Of a DNA stretch of 32,000 nt, positions 1-8,175 are shown one piece after another. The stretch spans positions 27,629 to 59,628 of the IMG/VR virus record IMGVR_UViG_3300032173_000006, one strand, 5' to 3'. Origin of the DNA: a virus. The translations under genes and the position numbers were made by a program. The notes under the pieces are model-generated. The model was not told the origin of the DNA. It did no database searches and saw only the letters and a list, made by a program, of their open reading frames with translations. How positions within the stretch are numbered: the stretch's first letter is position 1; the number at the start of each line of letters is the position of its first letter.

Positions 1-1
1 T

Positions 2-1630
2 GGCCGACGGACTCAGGCTGAGGTTCATCACGCAGACCCTGACGACAAGCCAGGTACGAAGCTGCGCTTCAATCTGTACGACGAGAGGCACCCCGAGGAG
101 TTCTCGATCCGCAAGGACCAGTCGGGAAAGTGGTTCATCCACAACAAGACTCTGAGCCGGGAGCGCAGGCCTGACATCCCTTCTGGCAAGCCTAGCTACA
201 AAGAGATCGACGTCGAGAAGGTGGACACTGAGCGCACCGACCAGGTGATGATGCCCAAGCTCGACGGAGCTCACTCTCTCATCGACTTGCAGGCAGGCAG
301 GTCACCCAGAGTGTTCTCCTACAGGGTGGGCAAGCTAAGCCCCACTGGCCTCATCGAGCACACGCATAAGCTCACTGACCTGCTGAAGGACACGGTGCCG
401 AAGGAGCTCGACAACACCTTGCTGCGAGGAGAGACCATCGCCCTTCGCAAGGGCAAGGCTTTGCCGGAAGAGACGATCGGCGGCTTGCTGAACGCTAAGG
501 TCTGGGAGAGTCGAGCCAAGCAAGAAGAGCTTGGAGCGCGCTTGCATGCTTTCCCCTTCGACGTTGTGAAGTACCGGGGCAAGTCCATGGAGGCCTCCCC
601 CTTCAGTGAAAAGCTGAAGGTGCTGAAGGAGGTGGAGCAGAAGATTGGGGACCTATGGCTGCCAGACATAGCCACCACACCGAAGGCGAAGTCCCTGCTC
701 CTCAAGAGAATCGGGGAAGGCAAGTACCCTCTCACCAGGGAGGGAGTGGTGCTGGTCGAGCCAGAAGTACCTGGCGTACCGACGAAGGCCAAGTTCGCCC
801 CCGACTTCGACGTCTTCGTACGCAAGGTTCACCCTGCGGTGAGTGGCAAGACGGGCAAGGAGCATGACCGTGCCGGCTCCATCAGCTACTCCTGGACGGA
901 GGACGGGCCTATCGTCGGGCAGGTAGGGGGCTTCTCACACGACCTTGGTCGAGACATGATAGCGAATCCCGACAGGTACGTTGGGCGCGTGGCGAAAGTG
1001 AAGGCGACTAAAGTATTCGTTGACGAACAAGGCGGGCCGGGTGCTCTCTTCCAGCCCAGATTCAAGGGGTGGCACTTGGAAAAGGGCAACATTGAGAAGG
1101 CTGCGTTCCTGGACGAGCTCCAGAAGATTGCCTCAAAGCAGAAGGTAGCAATCGATCCTCTCACCATCGCTGGGGCGACCGCAGGCGGAAAGATCCTACT
1201 GTCGAACTTCCTCAGTCGGCACGGACTGAAGATTCCAGGTGTTCGACATCTCGTCGGCGAAGTCATGGGGGTAGGGTACCGTACAGCCAAGCAGGGCAAG
1301 CCCATGTTGTCCAAGCCTTTCCGTGAGGCGCTTGCGCTTGGCACTGATTCCAACCTCGTGAACGCTTACGAGATGGCACATGGAGCAGGCCGAGCTTCCA
1401 AGGCCTTGGGTGGCGGCGTCTTAGGTGATGTGCTTCGTCAGGCTCCCACCCTTGCTGCCCAGTCCGGCATGCTGCCCAAACCCTACGTCAAGCTGCTGTC
1501 CAACATCCCGACGGAATCGAAGGGTCTTCGCAAGATGGTTGACTACGGCTTCACCCCAGTGGGCCAGGTTGGTTCGGATATCGCACAGGCGGGCAAGGGT
1601 CTGATGCAGAAGCTGCGTGGCCCCAAGTAG
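2..1630 (+). CDS. ATP-dependent DNA ligase, 5'-partial, with a ~170-aa Gly/Ala-rich C-terminal extension
   Basis: The frame is open from nt 2, with no stop upstream of the GTG at 221, so the gene probably starts left of the window. Nucleotidyltransferase motifs are readable: I MPKLDGAH (Lys codon 257-259), III LLRGETIAL, IIIa FPFDVVKY, IV REGVVLVEP, V KAKFAPDFDVFVRKV, and an OB-fold motif VI-like LFQPRFKGWHLEK. The stop lies 10 nt before the next gene's ATG. Confidence 0.75.
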   Translation, partial: GRRTQAEVHHADPDDKPGTKLRFNLYDERHPEEFSIRKDQSGKWFIHNKTLSRERRPDIPSGKPSYKEIDVEKVDTERTDQVMMPKLDGAHSLIDLQAGRSPRVFSYRVGKLSPTGLIEHTHKLTDLLKDTVPKELDNTLLRGETIALRKGKALPEETIGGLLNAKVWESRAKQEELGARLHAFPFDVVKYRGKSMEASPFSEKLKVLKEVEQKIGDLWLPDIATTPKAKSLLLKRIGEGKYPLTREGVVLVEPEVPGVPTKAKFAPDFDVFVRKVHPAVSGKTGKEHDRAGSISYSWTEDGPIVGQVGGFSHDLGRDMIANPDRYVGRVAKVKATKVFVDEQGGPGALFQPRFKGWHLEKGNIEKAAFLDELQKIASKQKVAIDPLTIAGATAGGKILLSNFLSRHGLKIPGVRHLVGEVMGVGYRTAKQGKPMLSKPFREALALGTDSNLVNAYEMAHGAGRASKALGGGVLGDVLRQAPTLAAQSGMLPKPYVKLLSNIPTESKGLRKMVDYGFTPVGQVGSDIAQAGKGLMQKLRGPK

Positions 1631-1639
1631 GAGAAAGAC

Positions 1640-2329
1640 ATGCCGTTCAAGAGTGAAGCACAGCGCCGCAAGTTCTACGCGATGGCCAGCCGCGGAGAGA
1701 TAAGCAAAGAGACGGTGAAGGAGTGGCAGGCAGCCACTCCCAAAGGGAAGAAGCTGCCTGAGCACGTTGCGAAGCACGCCAGCCTGTCGAAGCAGGCCCT
1801 CCTCGACGCATGGAGGATGATGAATCCTGTGCAGAAGGGATCGCTACTCGGTACTGGCATCGGCGGGCTTACTGGCGCGTACATAGGCTACGACGCTCAG
1901 AAGAAGCGTAAGAAAGACATTCGTCTTCTGCCCATAGCCACCAATGCCCTGATACTTGGGTGGGCCGGTCGCACTATGGGCAGAAGCCTCGGTGAATTGA
2001 AGATGCTGGGGGACTACGCTCGAGCAGGTAGGCAGTACGGCTACGCCGGAGGTTCTCGCTATGCTGGAGGAGCTGCTCGTCCATCGAAGCCTCCGTCATG
2101 GGTTGGCAATCCAACCACCAAGGCCGAAGCGAAGTCAGCTTTCCGGCGCGAAGCGATGAAGCATCACCCCGACCTTGGTGGTAACGAAGAGTCGATGAAG
2201 CAAGTGAATCTGGAGTGGGATCGCTTCACCAAGTCTCCTCTGTACGAGAAGCTGGCGATGGCCTTCTTCGATGAGCTTTCAAAGATTGCCAGCGAAGTCA
2301 CTCGGGTAACTCCTCTTCGTCGTACCTGA
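1640..2329 (+). CDS. J-domain (DnaJ-like) protein with N-terminal KSEAQRRKF box and central hydrophobic Gly-rich segments
   Basis: AGGAGA Shine-Dalgarno 6 nt upstream of the ATG. The C-terminal segment AFRREAMKHHPDLGGNEESMKQVNLEWDRF carries the HPD tripeptide (2165-2173) in typical J-domain helix II/III context. The middle part (GSLLGTGIGGLTGAYIGY, LLPIATNALILGWAG) looks membrane-spanning. The N-terminus MPFKSEAQRRKFYAMA resembles a small phage/bacterial box I recall as DUF3008 (unverified). Confidence 0.75.
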   Translation: MPFKSEAQRRKFYAMASRGEISKETVKEWQAATPKGKKLPEHVAKHASLSKQALLDAWRMMNPVQKGSLLGTGIGGLTGAYIGYDAQKKRKKDIRLLPIATNALILGWAGRTMGRSLGELKMLGDYARAGRQYGYAGGSRYAGGAARPSKPPSWVGNPTTKAEAKSAFRREAMKHHPDLGGNEESMKQVNLEWDRFTKSPLYEKLAMAFFDELSKIASEVTRVTPLRRT

Positions 2330-2981
2330 AGTTGAGCCACTGCTCTTCCCACTTCTTCCATTTCTCTATGACCAAGTAGTCCTGGTACTTTCGGTACACC
2401 TTTCGGAGGAAGCGCCCTCGGTGGTACCAGGTTGGTCCGTGTTGAGTGAGAGCAAAGAGATGGTCCTTTGAACCGTACCCCATGTTCTTCTTCCACATGT
2501 ACTTAGGGTAGTGCTCGTGCATCCCCATCATCTCGATGTCTCGAGCTACCTTGGCTACGATACTGGCAGCTCCGATGTGCCAGAACCGAGCATCTCCTTT
2601 CACGTAGCTCTCTTGTTCGCCAACGAACCCTTCCAGCCGTCGGTTGCCATCGATCTTGAGTAGGTCAAAGGATGGGGCCCTCTCCAGTGCGTCGAGACAG
2701 GCGCGTCGCCAGGCCTCGGCCACGCCCATCTCGTCGATCACGGAGGGGTGCGCCCACCCGATACCGAAGAAGCTCGCCTCCCTCATGATGATGGGGGCGA
2801 GCTTCATGCGTTTCGAGAACGACAGCTTCTTGGAATCGTCGACGCCGGGGATCGGCTTGGCATCGGCGGGGAATACGACTACGGCGGCACAGATGGGGCC
2901 AGCTAGACAGCCCATGCCTACTTCATCTAGGCCTGCGCTCAAATCTCTGGCCTCCCTTGTTGCTGAACATTCCTTTTGCAT
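2298..2981 (-). CDS. rnhB: Ribonuclease HII
   Basis: Catalytic signature LDEVGMGCLAGPICAAVVV (DE), DDSKKLSFSKR (D) and KGDARFWHIGAASIVAKVARD (D). GGAG lies 5 nt upstream of the ATG at 2981. An alternative TTG start at 2942 with a GGGAGG SD is also possible. The 3' end overlaps the convergent J-domain gene by 32 nt. Confidence 0.85.
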   Translation of the reverse strand: MQKECSATREARDLSAGLDEVGMGCLAGPICAAVVVFPADAKPIPGVDDSKKLSFSKRMKLAPIIMREASFFGIGWAHPSVIDEMGVAEAWRRACLDALERAPSFDLLKIDGNRRLEGFVGEQESYVKGDARFWHIGAASIVAKVARDIEMMGMHEHYPKYMWKKNMGYGSKDHLFALTQHGPTWYHRGRFLRKVYRKYQDYLVIEKWKKWEEQWLNFRYDEEELPE

Positions 2982-3291
2982 TTCTGCTCCACACTCTGGT
3001 TTGGGTCAGTACTTCGGCCTGGATCCATGAACTGGTGATGTTGATGATCGGGACGTCACATTCGAACTCCTTCGCCCACGCCCGCAGGTATGTTCGAAGA
3101 GGTTCTCTTGTGGCTTTCGCTAGCGGGCGTTGGAGAGTAATCTTCAGGATGAATCGAAGAGGGTCCACCGTGGGGTAGACTTCAAAGTGAGGTTGAATGA
3201 CGTCGTCGCCGACAGCGGCAAGAATCCCTTGCCTAGCGTGCTCCACCCACTGTAAGCGTTGTCGAGCGAACTGTTCCTTCGATGAGGTCAC
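2923..3291 (-). CDS. hypothetical protein (122 aa), co-oriented upstream of RNase HII
   Basis: It is the only long ORF filling 2982-3291, its codon usage matches neighbouring genes, and it overlaps the RNase HII start. No recognisable motif. Confidence 0.5.
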   Translation of the reverse strand: MTSSKEQFARQRLQWVEHARQGILAAVGDDVIQPHFEVYPTVDPLRFILKITLQRPLAKATREPLRTYLRAWAKEFECDVPIINITSSWIQAEVLTQTRVWSRNAKGMFSNKGGQRFERRPR

Positions 3292-3327
3292 GATAGCCTT
3301 ATACCAGGAAGAGCAGGATCTTGCGTA

Positions 3328-5184
3328 ATGTCTAGCGCCTCGGTGGCAGAACAGGTAACGCTCTCAGACAACCCGGACGACCGGAAGCCGGAGCACTTTG
3401 GGTCGGAGCCGGTGCTACGAGAGCTACCACTGGAGAAGATCCAGGACGCTCTGGCCAACGAAGAGGCAGATGCGAGCAGCTTGCGACGTGAAGCTCCGAT
3501 GGACACCACTCCATCGAGGTTCGTCTCTAGCACATTCAAGATTCCTTCCAAGGGAAAGCTCGCCAACTTCAGCTTCAAAGGTCGCGAGTATCTGCAGAAC
3601 ATCTACGACTCGTCTGAGAAGCGCCGCATCTTGATGGCAGGACGACAGGTCGAGAAGTCGACGATGTTGGGCAACACCTGCCTGTCCTACTCGCAGATCA
3701 ACCCTTTCTTCCGAACGCTCTACGTCAGCCCCTCGAACCAGCAGACCAAGGTCTTCAGTCGAGACCGCGTGGCCGAGCCCATTGAGCTCTCTCCATACCT
3801 GCGCAACACCACCAACAACAAGCTGCTGAAGAACGTCTTCGAGAAGAAGTTCACCAACCACTCTCAGATCACGCTTCGTTTTGCCTTTCTCAACGCTGAC
3901 CGCTGCCGTGGTATCCCGGCTGACCTCATCGTCATTGACGAGTTTCAGGACATTCTGCTGGACAACGTCCCGGTCATCGAAGAGTGCGCCTCCCACTCGG
4001 ACTACAAGTACTTCATCTATGCTGGCACTCCGAAGTCCCTCGACAACAGCATTGAGTACTACTGGACGCGCTTCTCCACCCAGAACGAATGGGTCGTACC
4101 CTGCCGTAGACACGGCACACCAAAGGACAAGACCACCTGGCACTGGAACATTCTCGATGAGGAGAACATTGGTGAGCACGGCCTCATCTGTGACAAGTGC
4201 CAGCAGCCTATTCGACCTGATGATCCCGAAGCCAAGTGGCATGCCCTCAATCCGAACCCGAGTGTGGAGAAGCCCTTTGAAGGGTTCCGCATCCCTCAGC
4301 TCATGGTCCCCTGGATTGAGTGGGCCGACATTCGGAACAAGCAGAGGGTCTACAGCCGGGCCAAGTTCTACAACGAGGTGCTTGGCCGTAGCTATGACTC
4401 TGGCACCCGGCCACTCACTCGACGTGATGTGCAACGCAACTGCTGGAGTGAGCTGTCGATGCAGTACTACCGGCAGGTCATTCAGTACAGCCGGCAGTAC
4501 CCCATCTTCATGGGCATTGACTGGGGCACCGGCGAAGGTACGTACACTGTCGTCACACTGGGCGGGTACCTCCCCTTCGCTCCTGATCGCTACACCATTT
4601 TCTACTGGCACCGATTCGAAGGCGTCGAGTCAGAGCCCCGCAAGCAGCTCGAGATCATCCGCAAGCTCATCGTTGACTTCAACGTGCAGAGAGTCGGAGT
4701 CGACTACGGTGGAGGTCACTGGCCCAACGACGAGCTCACCCGTGACTTCGGCATCGACAAAATCAAGAAGTACCAGTGGGTCGGCAACGTCAAGAAGAAG
4801 GTCAAGTTCGACCCCCAGTTAGGCATCCCTCGCCACCTCTGTCATCGCACAGAGGTCATGTCCGACATGTTCAACGCCATCAAGAGAGGCAATGTCTTCT
4901 ACTTCCCCCGGTGGGAGGAGTTTGAAGACCCCTACTCGATGGACATGCTGAACATCTTCTCGGAGTACAACGATCGATTGAGGATGAACATCTACAAAGC
5001 AGCCCCAGGCCACCCAGATGACTCGTTCCACTCTATGGCGTTTGGGTTCTTGGCCTCGTTCTACACCCGTCCCCGAGCTGACGTTGTCTTGCCCACCAAG
5101 GAAGTGCAGCGAGCTCAAGGGCTGACAGGTACGGACGACGATGAAGAAGATGCAGCAGAGCGAGAGGAGCTTGACGTAATATGA
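3328..5184 (+). CDS. terL: Terminase large subunit
   Basis: 618 aa. Walker A-like ILMAGRQVEKST and Walker B LIVIDEFQD. C-terminal RNase H-like nuclease acidic motifs MGIDWGTGEG, VGVDYGGG and HPDDSFHSMAF. Acidic C-terminal tail. The start codon has no clear SD, so the exact start is uncertain. Confidence 0.85.
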   Translation: MSSASVAEQVTLSDNPDDRKPEHFGSEPVLRELPLEKIQDALANEEADASSLRREAPMDTTPSRFVSSTFKIPSKGKLANFSFKGREYLQNIYDSSEKRRILMAGRQVEKSTMLGNTCLSYSQINPFFRTLYVSPSNQQTKVFSRDRVAEPIELSPYLRNTTNNKLLKNVFEKKFTNHSQITLRFAFLNADRCRGIPADLIVIDEFQDILLDNVPVIEECASHSDYKYFIYAGTPKSLDNSIEYYWTRFSTQNEWVVPCRRHGTPKDKTTWHWNILDEENIGEHGLICDKCQQPIRPDDPEAKWHALNPNPSVEKPFEGFRIPQLMVPWIEWADIRNKQRVYSRAKFYNEVLGRSYDSGTRPLTRRDVQRNCWSELSMQYYRQVIQYSRQYPIFMGIDWGTGEGTYTVVTLGGYLPFAPDRYTIFYWHRFEGVESEPRKQLEIIRKLIVDFNVQRVGVDYGGGHWPNDELTRDFGIDKIKKYQWVGNVKKKVKFDPQLGIPRHLCHRTEVMSDMFNAIKRGNVFYFPRWEEFEDPYSMDMLNIFSEYNDRLRMNIYKAAPGHPDDSFHSMAFGFLASFYTRPRADVVLPTKEVQRAQGLTGTDDDEEDAAEREELDVI

Positions 5185-5456
5185 TCTTCGTCGTCAAAGA
5201 GCTGAGGGTGGAACCGGCGATAGTGCCGTTCCAGCACCGGACTCAGTTTCTTTGGACTCCGAAGGGGATGGTGGACTTGGCTGAGCCTCATGACCTCCGA
5301 GACTTCAAACCATGTCTTCTTGGAACCTGGAACACGACGAGGGGTGAGAGAGCCGAGCTTGATGAGGTAGAACACCGACCTTCTGGACTTCTTGAGGATG
5401 GCTTGCGCCATCAGGATATCGACCAGGCCGGGATTGCAGTCTCCAATTCTTCCCAC
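5115..5456 (-). CDS. putative excisionase/MerR-like helix-turn-helix DNA-binding protein
   Basis: ILMAQAILKKSRRSVFYLIKLGSLTPRRVPGSKKTWFEVSEVMRL matches the pattern of short phage HTH proteins (L..EAA..L.vS..TvY.Li..G.lp..r.g....f...ev..). Its codon choice (CTC, AAG, GTC, TCC) fits the genome better than the competing plus-strand ORF. GTG start. The last ~23 codons run antisense into the terL 3' end, so the true C-terminus is uncertain. Confidence 0.5.
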   Translation of the reverse strand: MGRIGDCNPGLVDILMAQAILKKSRRSVFYLIKLGSLTPRRVPGSKKTWFEVSEVMRLSQVHHPLRSPKKLSPVLERHYRRFHPQLFDDEDHITSSSSRSAASSSSSSVPVSP

Positions 5457-5525
5457 GATTTAGACCCCGTGTTAGGTTGAGGGTACGGTGAATCGTGTGG
5501 TACTTGCAAGCGGACGAGGTAACCG

Positions 5526-7163
5526 ATGAACGACCTTCCCTTTGGTATTGAATCCCAGAACACGTACGCTGCGCTGAGTCCCGCCGATCTCCAGTCTTTG
5601 GGGAAGAGGGCCTCGGTTGCGTATCTGGCAGGTGGCACCTCTTTGAACGATGCTATCGTGAAGCTCGCTCGGGAGTACCCCAGCATCTCGCCTCACCAGG
5701 TGCAGCGTGTCGTCGAGTTCGCCAACCAGGAAACCTTCTCCAAGCTCTTCGCCGACAACGAGAAGTACGCCAGCGACAAGAACATCGAGTTCGACGTGGC
5801 GGACCCCGGCGCGGTGCTGATGGAGCTCAACAACGGAGCTCGTCCGTCGGTGATGAGTGTCCCGCCCGACGAGTACTCGTCGAGTCCGGTGAAGCTCGCC
5901 CACTCCAACGTCGAAGCTGACGTTGCTCTCACTCGCATGTTCCTGGGCTTCGATCCAGCCCTCCCAGGCTCGGAATCCACCACCTTGATGAAGGTGGCCG
6001 AGGACGGGAAGGTAACGGTGGTCGATCGCATCCTGCAGAAGGAAGCCAACGCCAACGGGGACATCTTCGACCGCATCATGACCACGACAGGGAAGGTGAA
6101 GCATGCCAACCTCGTCTCTGGCATCGCAGCGCAGCCAGCCGCGGCTGCTCAGGCAGCTCCTCAAGCAGCTCCAACCCCGACGGGTGCTCCCATTGGGGGA
6201 GAGGACACCAGCGGCACACACAACGAGCAGATGCTCGAGCTCCAGCGTGAGATCGAGCTGGCGAAGAAGCGCCAGGAGCTGCAGAAGGTGGAGCAGCAGA
6301 CCATCGACGGCATGAACCCACAGGGTCAGCCTGGTGCAGTTCAAGCTCCTCTCCCAGCCATGCCTGAGCAGGGCGGTGGTGGAGGCGGCGCCGGCGGTAT
6401 GGAGACTGGCCCCGATGCCGGAGCGGCAGTAGCTCCTGAGCAGGCGGCAGGCCCCGTAGAGGCAGCTCCTCCGCAGGAGATGCAGATCCCACCGGAGCAA
6501 TCGGGTGCGCTCGCTGTGCCTCCCGGCAGTGAGCCGATGAAGACCGGCATGGTTCATGAAGCGATGGAGTACGTGAAGACAGGCCGCCCCCACGCTGACC
6601 TCTTGCTCAAGGCGGCCGAGTCCGCTGTCTCCTTGGAGATGATTAAGAAGGCCACGTCGGGTCGAGGCGAGTACCCTCACGCCAATCCCTACGGGGCAGT
6701 CATCAGAGCCAAGCAGAAGATCGCGAAGCTGCTCGAGGACTGCAACTATGCTCGAGGCAAGAACAGTGAGCTCCACAAGGAGGCCACTGTCAGGTTCGAG
6801 CAGGCACTCTTCCAACACCTACGCAGTGGGGGCAACCTGGGTGAAGTGGCTCACCTCATGACCGCAGTCCACGGTTCACCAGTCGAGCTCAAAGAAGTGC
6901 TCGCCACTGCGATGCCGTATCTCGTTCGGCAAGGGCTCGACCCAGTGAAAGCGAAGGTCGCCGCCATCCAGTACGAGATGGAGAAGGGTGCCAGCGCCCG
7001 CACTCCGAACCTGAAGCACCCCATCGCCGAGGCCTACTCGGACCTGCACAAGCTCGCGGATGGCACCCAACTTTTGGATGCTGCGTGGTCACAGCTCAAC
7101 CAGCAGTACGAGGTGGTCGAGAGAGCGTTGCGGGAGGCGATGGTCAATGCTGCTACGGTCTAG
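5526..7163 (+). CDS. hypothetical virion-module protein (545 aa) with central Ala/Pro/Gln/Gly low-complexity region; portal candidate by position only
   Basis: GAGG SD before the ATG. It is the first plus-strand gene after terL and has lambda-portal-like size. However, it contains a ~150-aa low-complexity stretch (AAQPAAAAQAAPQAAP...QGGGGGGAGG...) and I recognise no portal motif. Confidence 0.65.
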   Translation: MNDLPFGIESQNTYAALSPADLQSLGKRASVAYLAGGTSLNDAIVKLAREYPSISPHQVQRVVEFANQETFSKLFADNEKYASDKNIEFDVADPGAVLMELNNGARPSVMSVPPDEYSSSPVKLAHSNVEADVALTRMFLGFDPALPGSESTTLMKVAEDGKVTVVDRILQKEANANGDIFDRIMTTTGKVKHANLVSGIAAQPAAAAQAAPQAAPTPTGAPIGGEDTSGTHNEQMLELQREIELAKKRQELQKVEQQTIDGMNPQGQPGAVQAPLPAMPEQGGGGGGAGGMETGPDAGAAVAPEQAAGPVEAAPPQEMQIPPEQSGALAVPPGSEPMKTGMVHEAMEYVKTGRPHADLLLKAAESAVSLEMIKKATSGRGEYPHANPYGAVIRAKQKIAKLLEDCNYARGKNSELHKEATVRFEQALFQHLRSGGNLGEVAHLMTAVHGSPVELKEVLATAMPYLVRQGLDPVKAKVAAIQYEMEKGASARTPNLKHPIAEAYSDLHKLADGTQLLDAAWSQLNQQYEVVERALREAMVNAATV

Positions 7164-7401
7164 CCGAGTTGCTGAACAGCTCACGAAGGAAGCCCTGCTT
7201 GGTCGCTTGGCTTTGGGGGCGGGCAAGAAGGCGTTGAGCTTCGCAGGCAAGAACCCAGGCAAGTTGCTGGGCACGGGCCTTGTGGCTGCCACAGCAGGTC
7301 CGGAGATTATGAAGGGCGTTCAGCAGTCGAAGGTAGGTCTCAACAACGACTACCTCCAAGCGTCCAATGCAGGCTTGGTACCCAGCGTACCCAAGTTCTA
7401 G
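7147..7401 (+). CDS. small Gly/Ala-rich protein (84 aa)
   Basis: The in-frame ATG at 7147 is preceded by GGGAGG (7132-7137). It overlaps the upstream stop by 17 nt. It contains LLGRLALGAGKKALSFAGKNPGKLLGTGLVAATAG. The track's longer version (7060) would overlap the previous gene by 104 nt. Confidence 0.5.
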   Translation: MLLRSSRVAEQLTKEALLGRLALGAGKKALSFAGKNPGKLLGTGLVAATAGPEIMKGVQQSKVGLNNDYLQASNAGLVPSVPKF

Positions 7402-7404
7402 GAG

Positions 7405-8175
7405 TTGAAGATGAACCTCGTTGAAAAGCTCGCTGCCGAAGGGCACCTCACCTCAGAGCAGGTGGAGCGCATTGGCAACAACGTACACAGCTTCCTGGAC
7501 GCTATCGACAAGGACCCAGCGCTCTACAAAGAGGCTGTCGAGAAGCTCTCTGGCCCGCTCGACGCTCTCAAGAAGGTCTTCTCACGAGAGGGCATGGAGA
7601 ACGCGGCAACCCGCACCCTGGAGTACGCACCGTACGCTTTGGCCACCGCCGGCGCCGGCGCGCTGATGGGTGGGGCAGTCGAGGCCGGTCGCTCAGGCAT
7701 CCAAGCTCTGCGCAATTCCATCGACAAGAGCAAGGCCTATCGTTCGATGCTGGAGGAGAACCCCCAGTTGGCCAACAACGATCCGAACATCACAGAGAAG
7801 GCGTTCAACACGCTGTACCGATTCAACCCGCACTACGCCAAGGACCCTCTCGTCGCCGGCACGTTCGTGAAGAACATTGTCGACCAGGAGCGGCTCGACA
7901 TTGGCACAGTGAGCAACCTCGTCAGTGCCCACAAGGCCATCCAAGAGTCGAAAGGCAGAGGCCCTGGCATGTCCGAGTTCTTCATGAAGGCCATGCAGGG
8001 TGGGATGAAGGGCGGTGGCAAGCCAGGCGGCGATGGTGAAGAGAGCGCTGCCGACACCTACTTCAGGAACATGGCCTCTGCTGAAGCAGCTCGCGAAGCT
8101 GCTGAGAAAGCACGCGGGGACTTCTTCTCCTCCACCGAGCAGGTATCTGCGGACGATCCGAGAGTGCACAAGTAG
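7405..8175 (+). CDS. hypothetical virion-module protein (256 aa)
   Basis: AGGAG SD 8 nt upstream. The stop abuts the ATG of the next gene (TAG ATG). It has one hydrophobic segment, YALATAGAGALMGGAV. No motif recognised. Confidence 0.7.
   Translation: MKMNLVEKLAAEGHLTSEQVERIGNNVHSFLDAIDKDPALYKEAVEKLSGPLDALKKVFSREGMENAATRTLEYAPYALATAGAGALMGGAVEAGRSGIQALRNSIDKSKAYRSMLEENPQLANNDPNITEKAFNTLYRFNPHYAKDPLVAGTFVKNIVDQERLDIGTVSNLVSAHKAIQESKGRGPGMSEFFMKAMQGGMKGGGKPGGDGEESAADTYFRNMASAEAAREAAEKARGDFFSSTEQVSADDPRVHK

Noticed and set aside
5181-5480. Plus-strand 99-aa ORF with an ATGA overlap to the terL stop
   Set aside because: Its codon choice is poor for this genome (several ctt, ata, gta, tta), and it has no motif. 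The opposite strand encodes a convincing HTH pattern. It is kept only as an alternative under the HTH finding.
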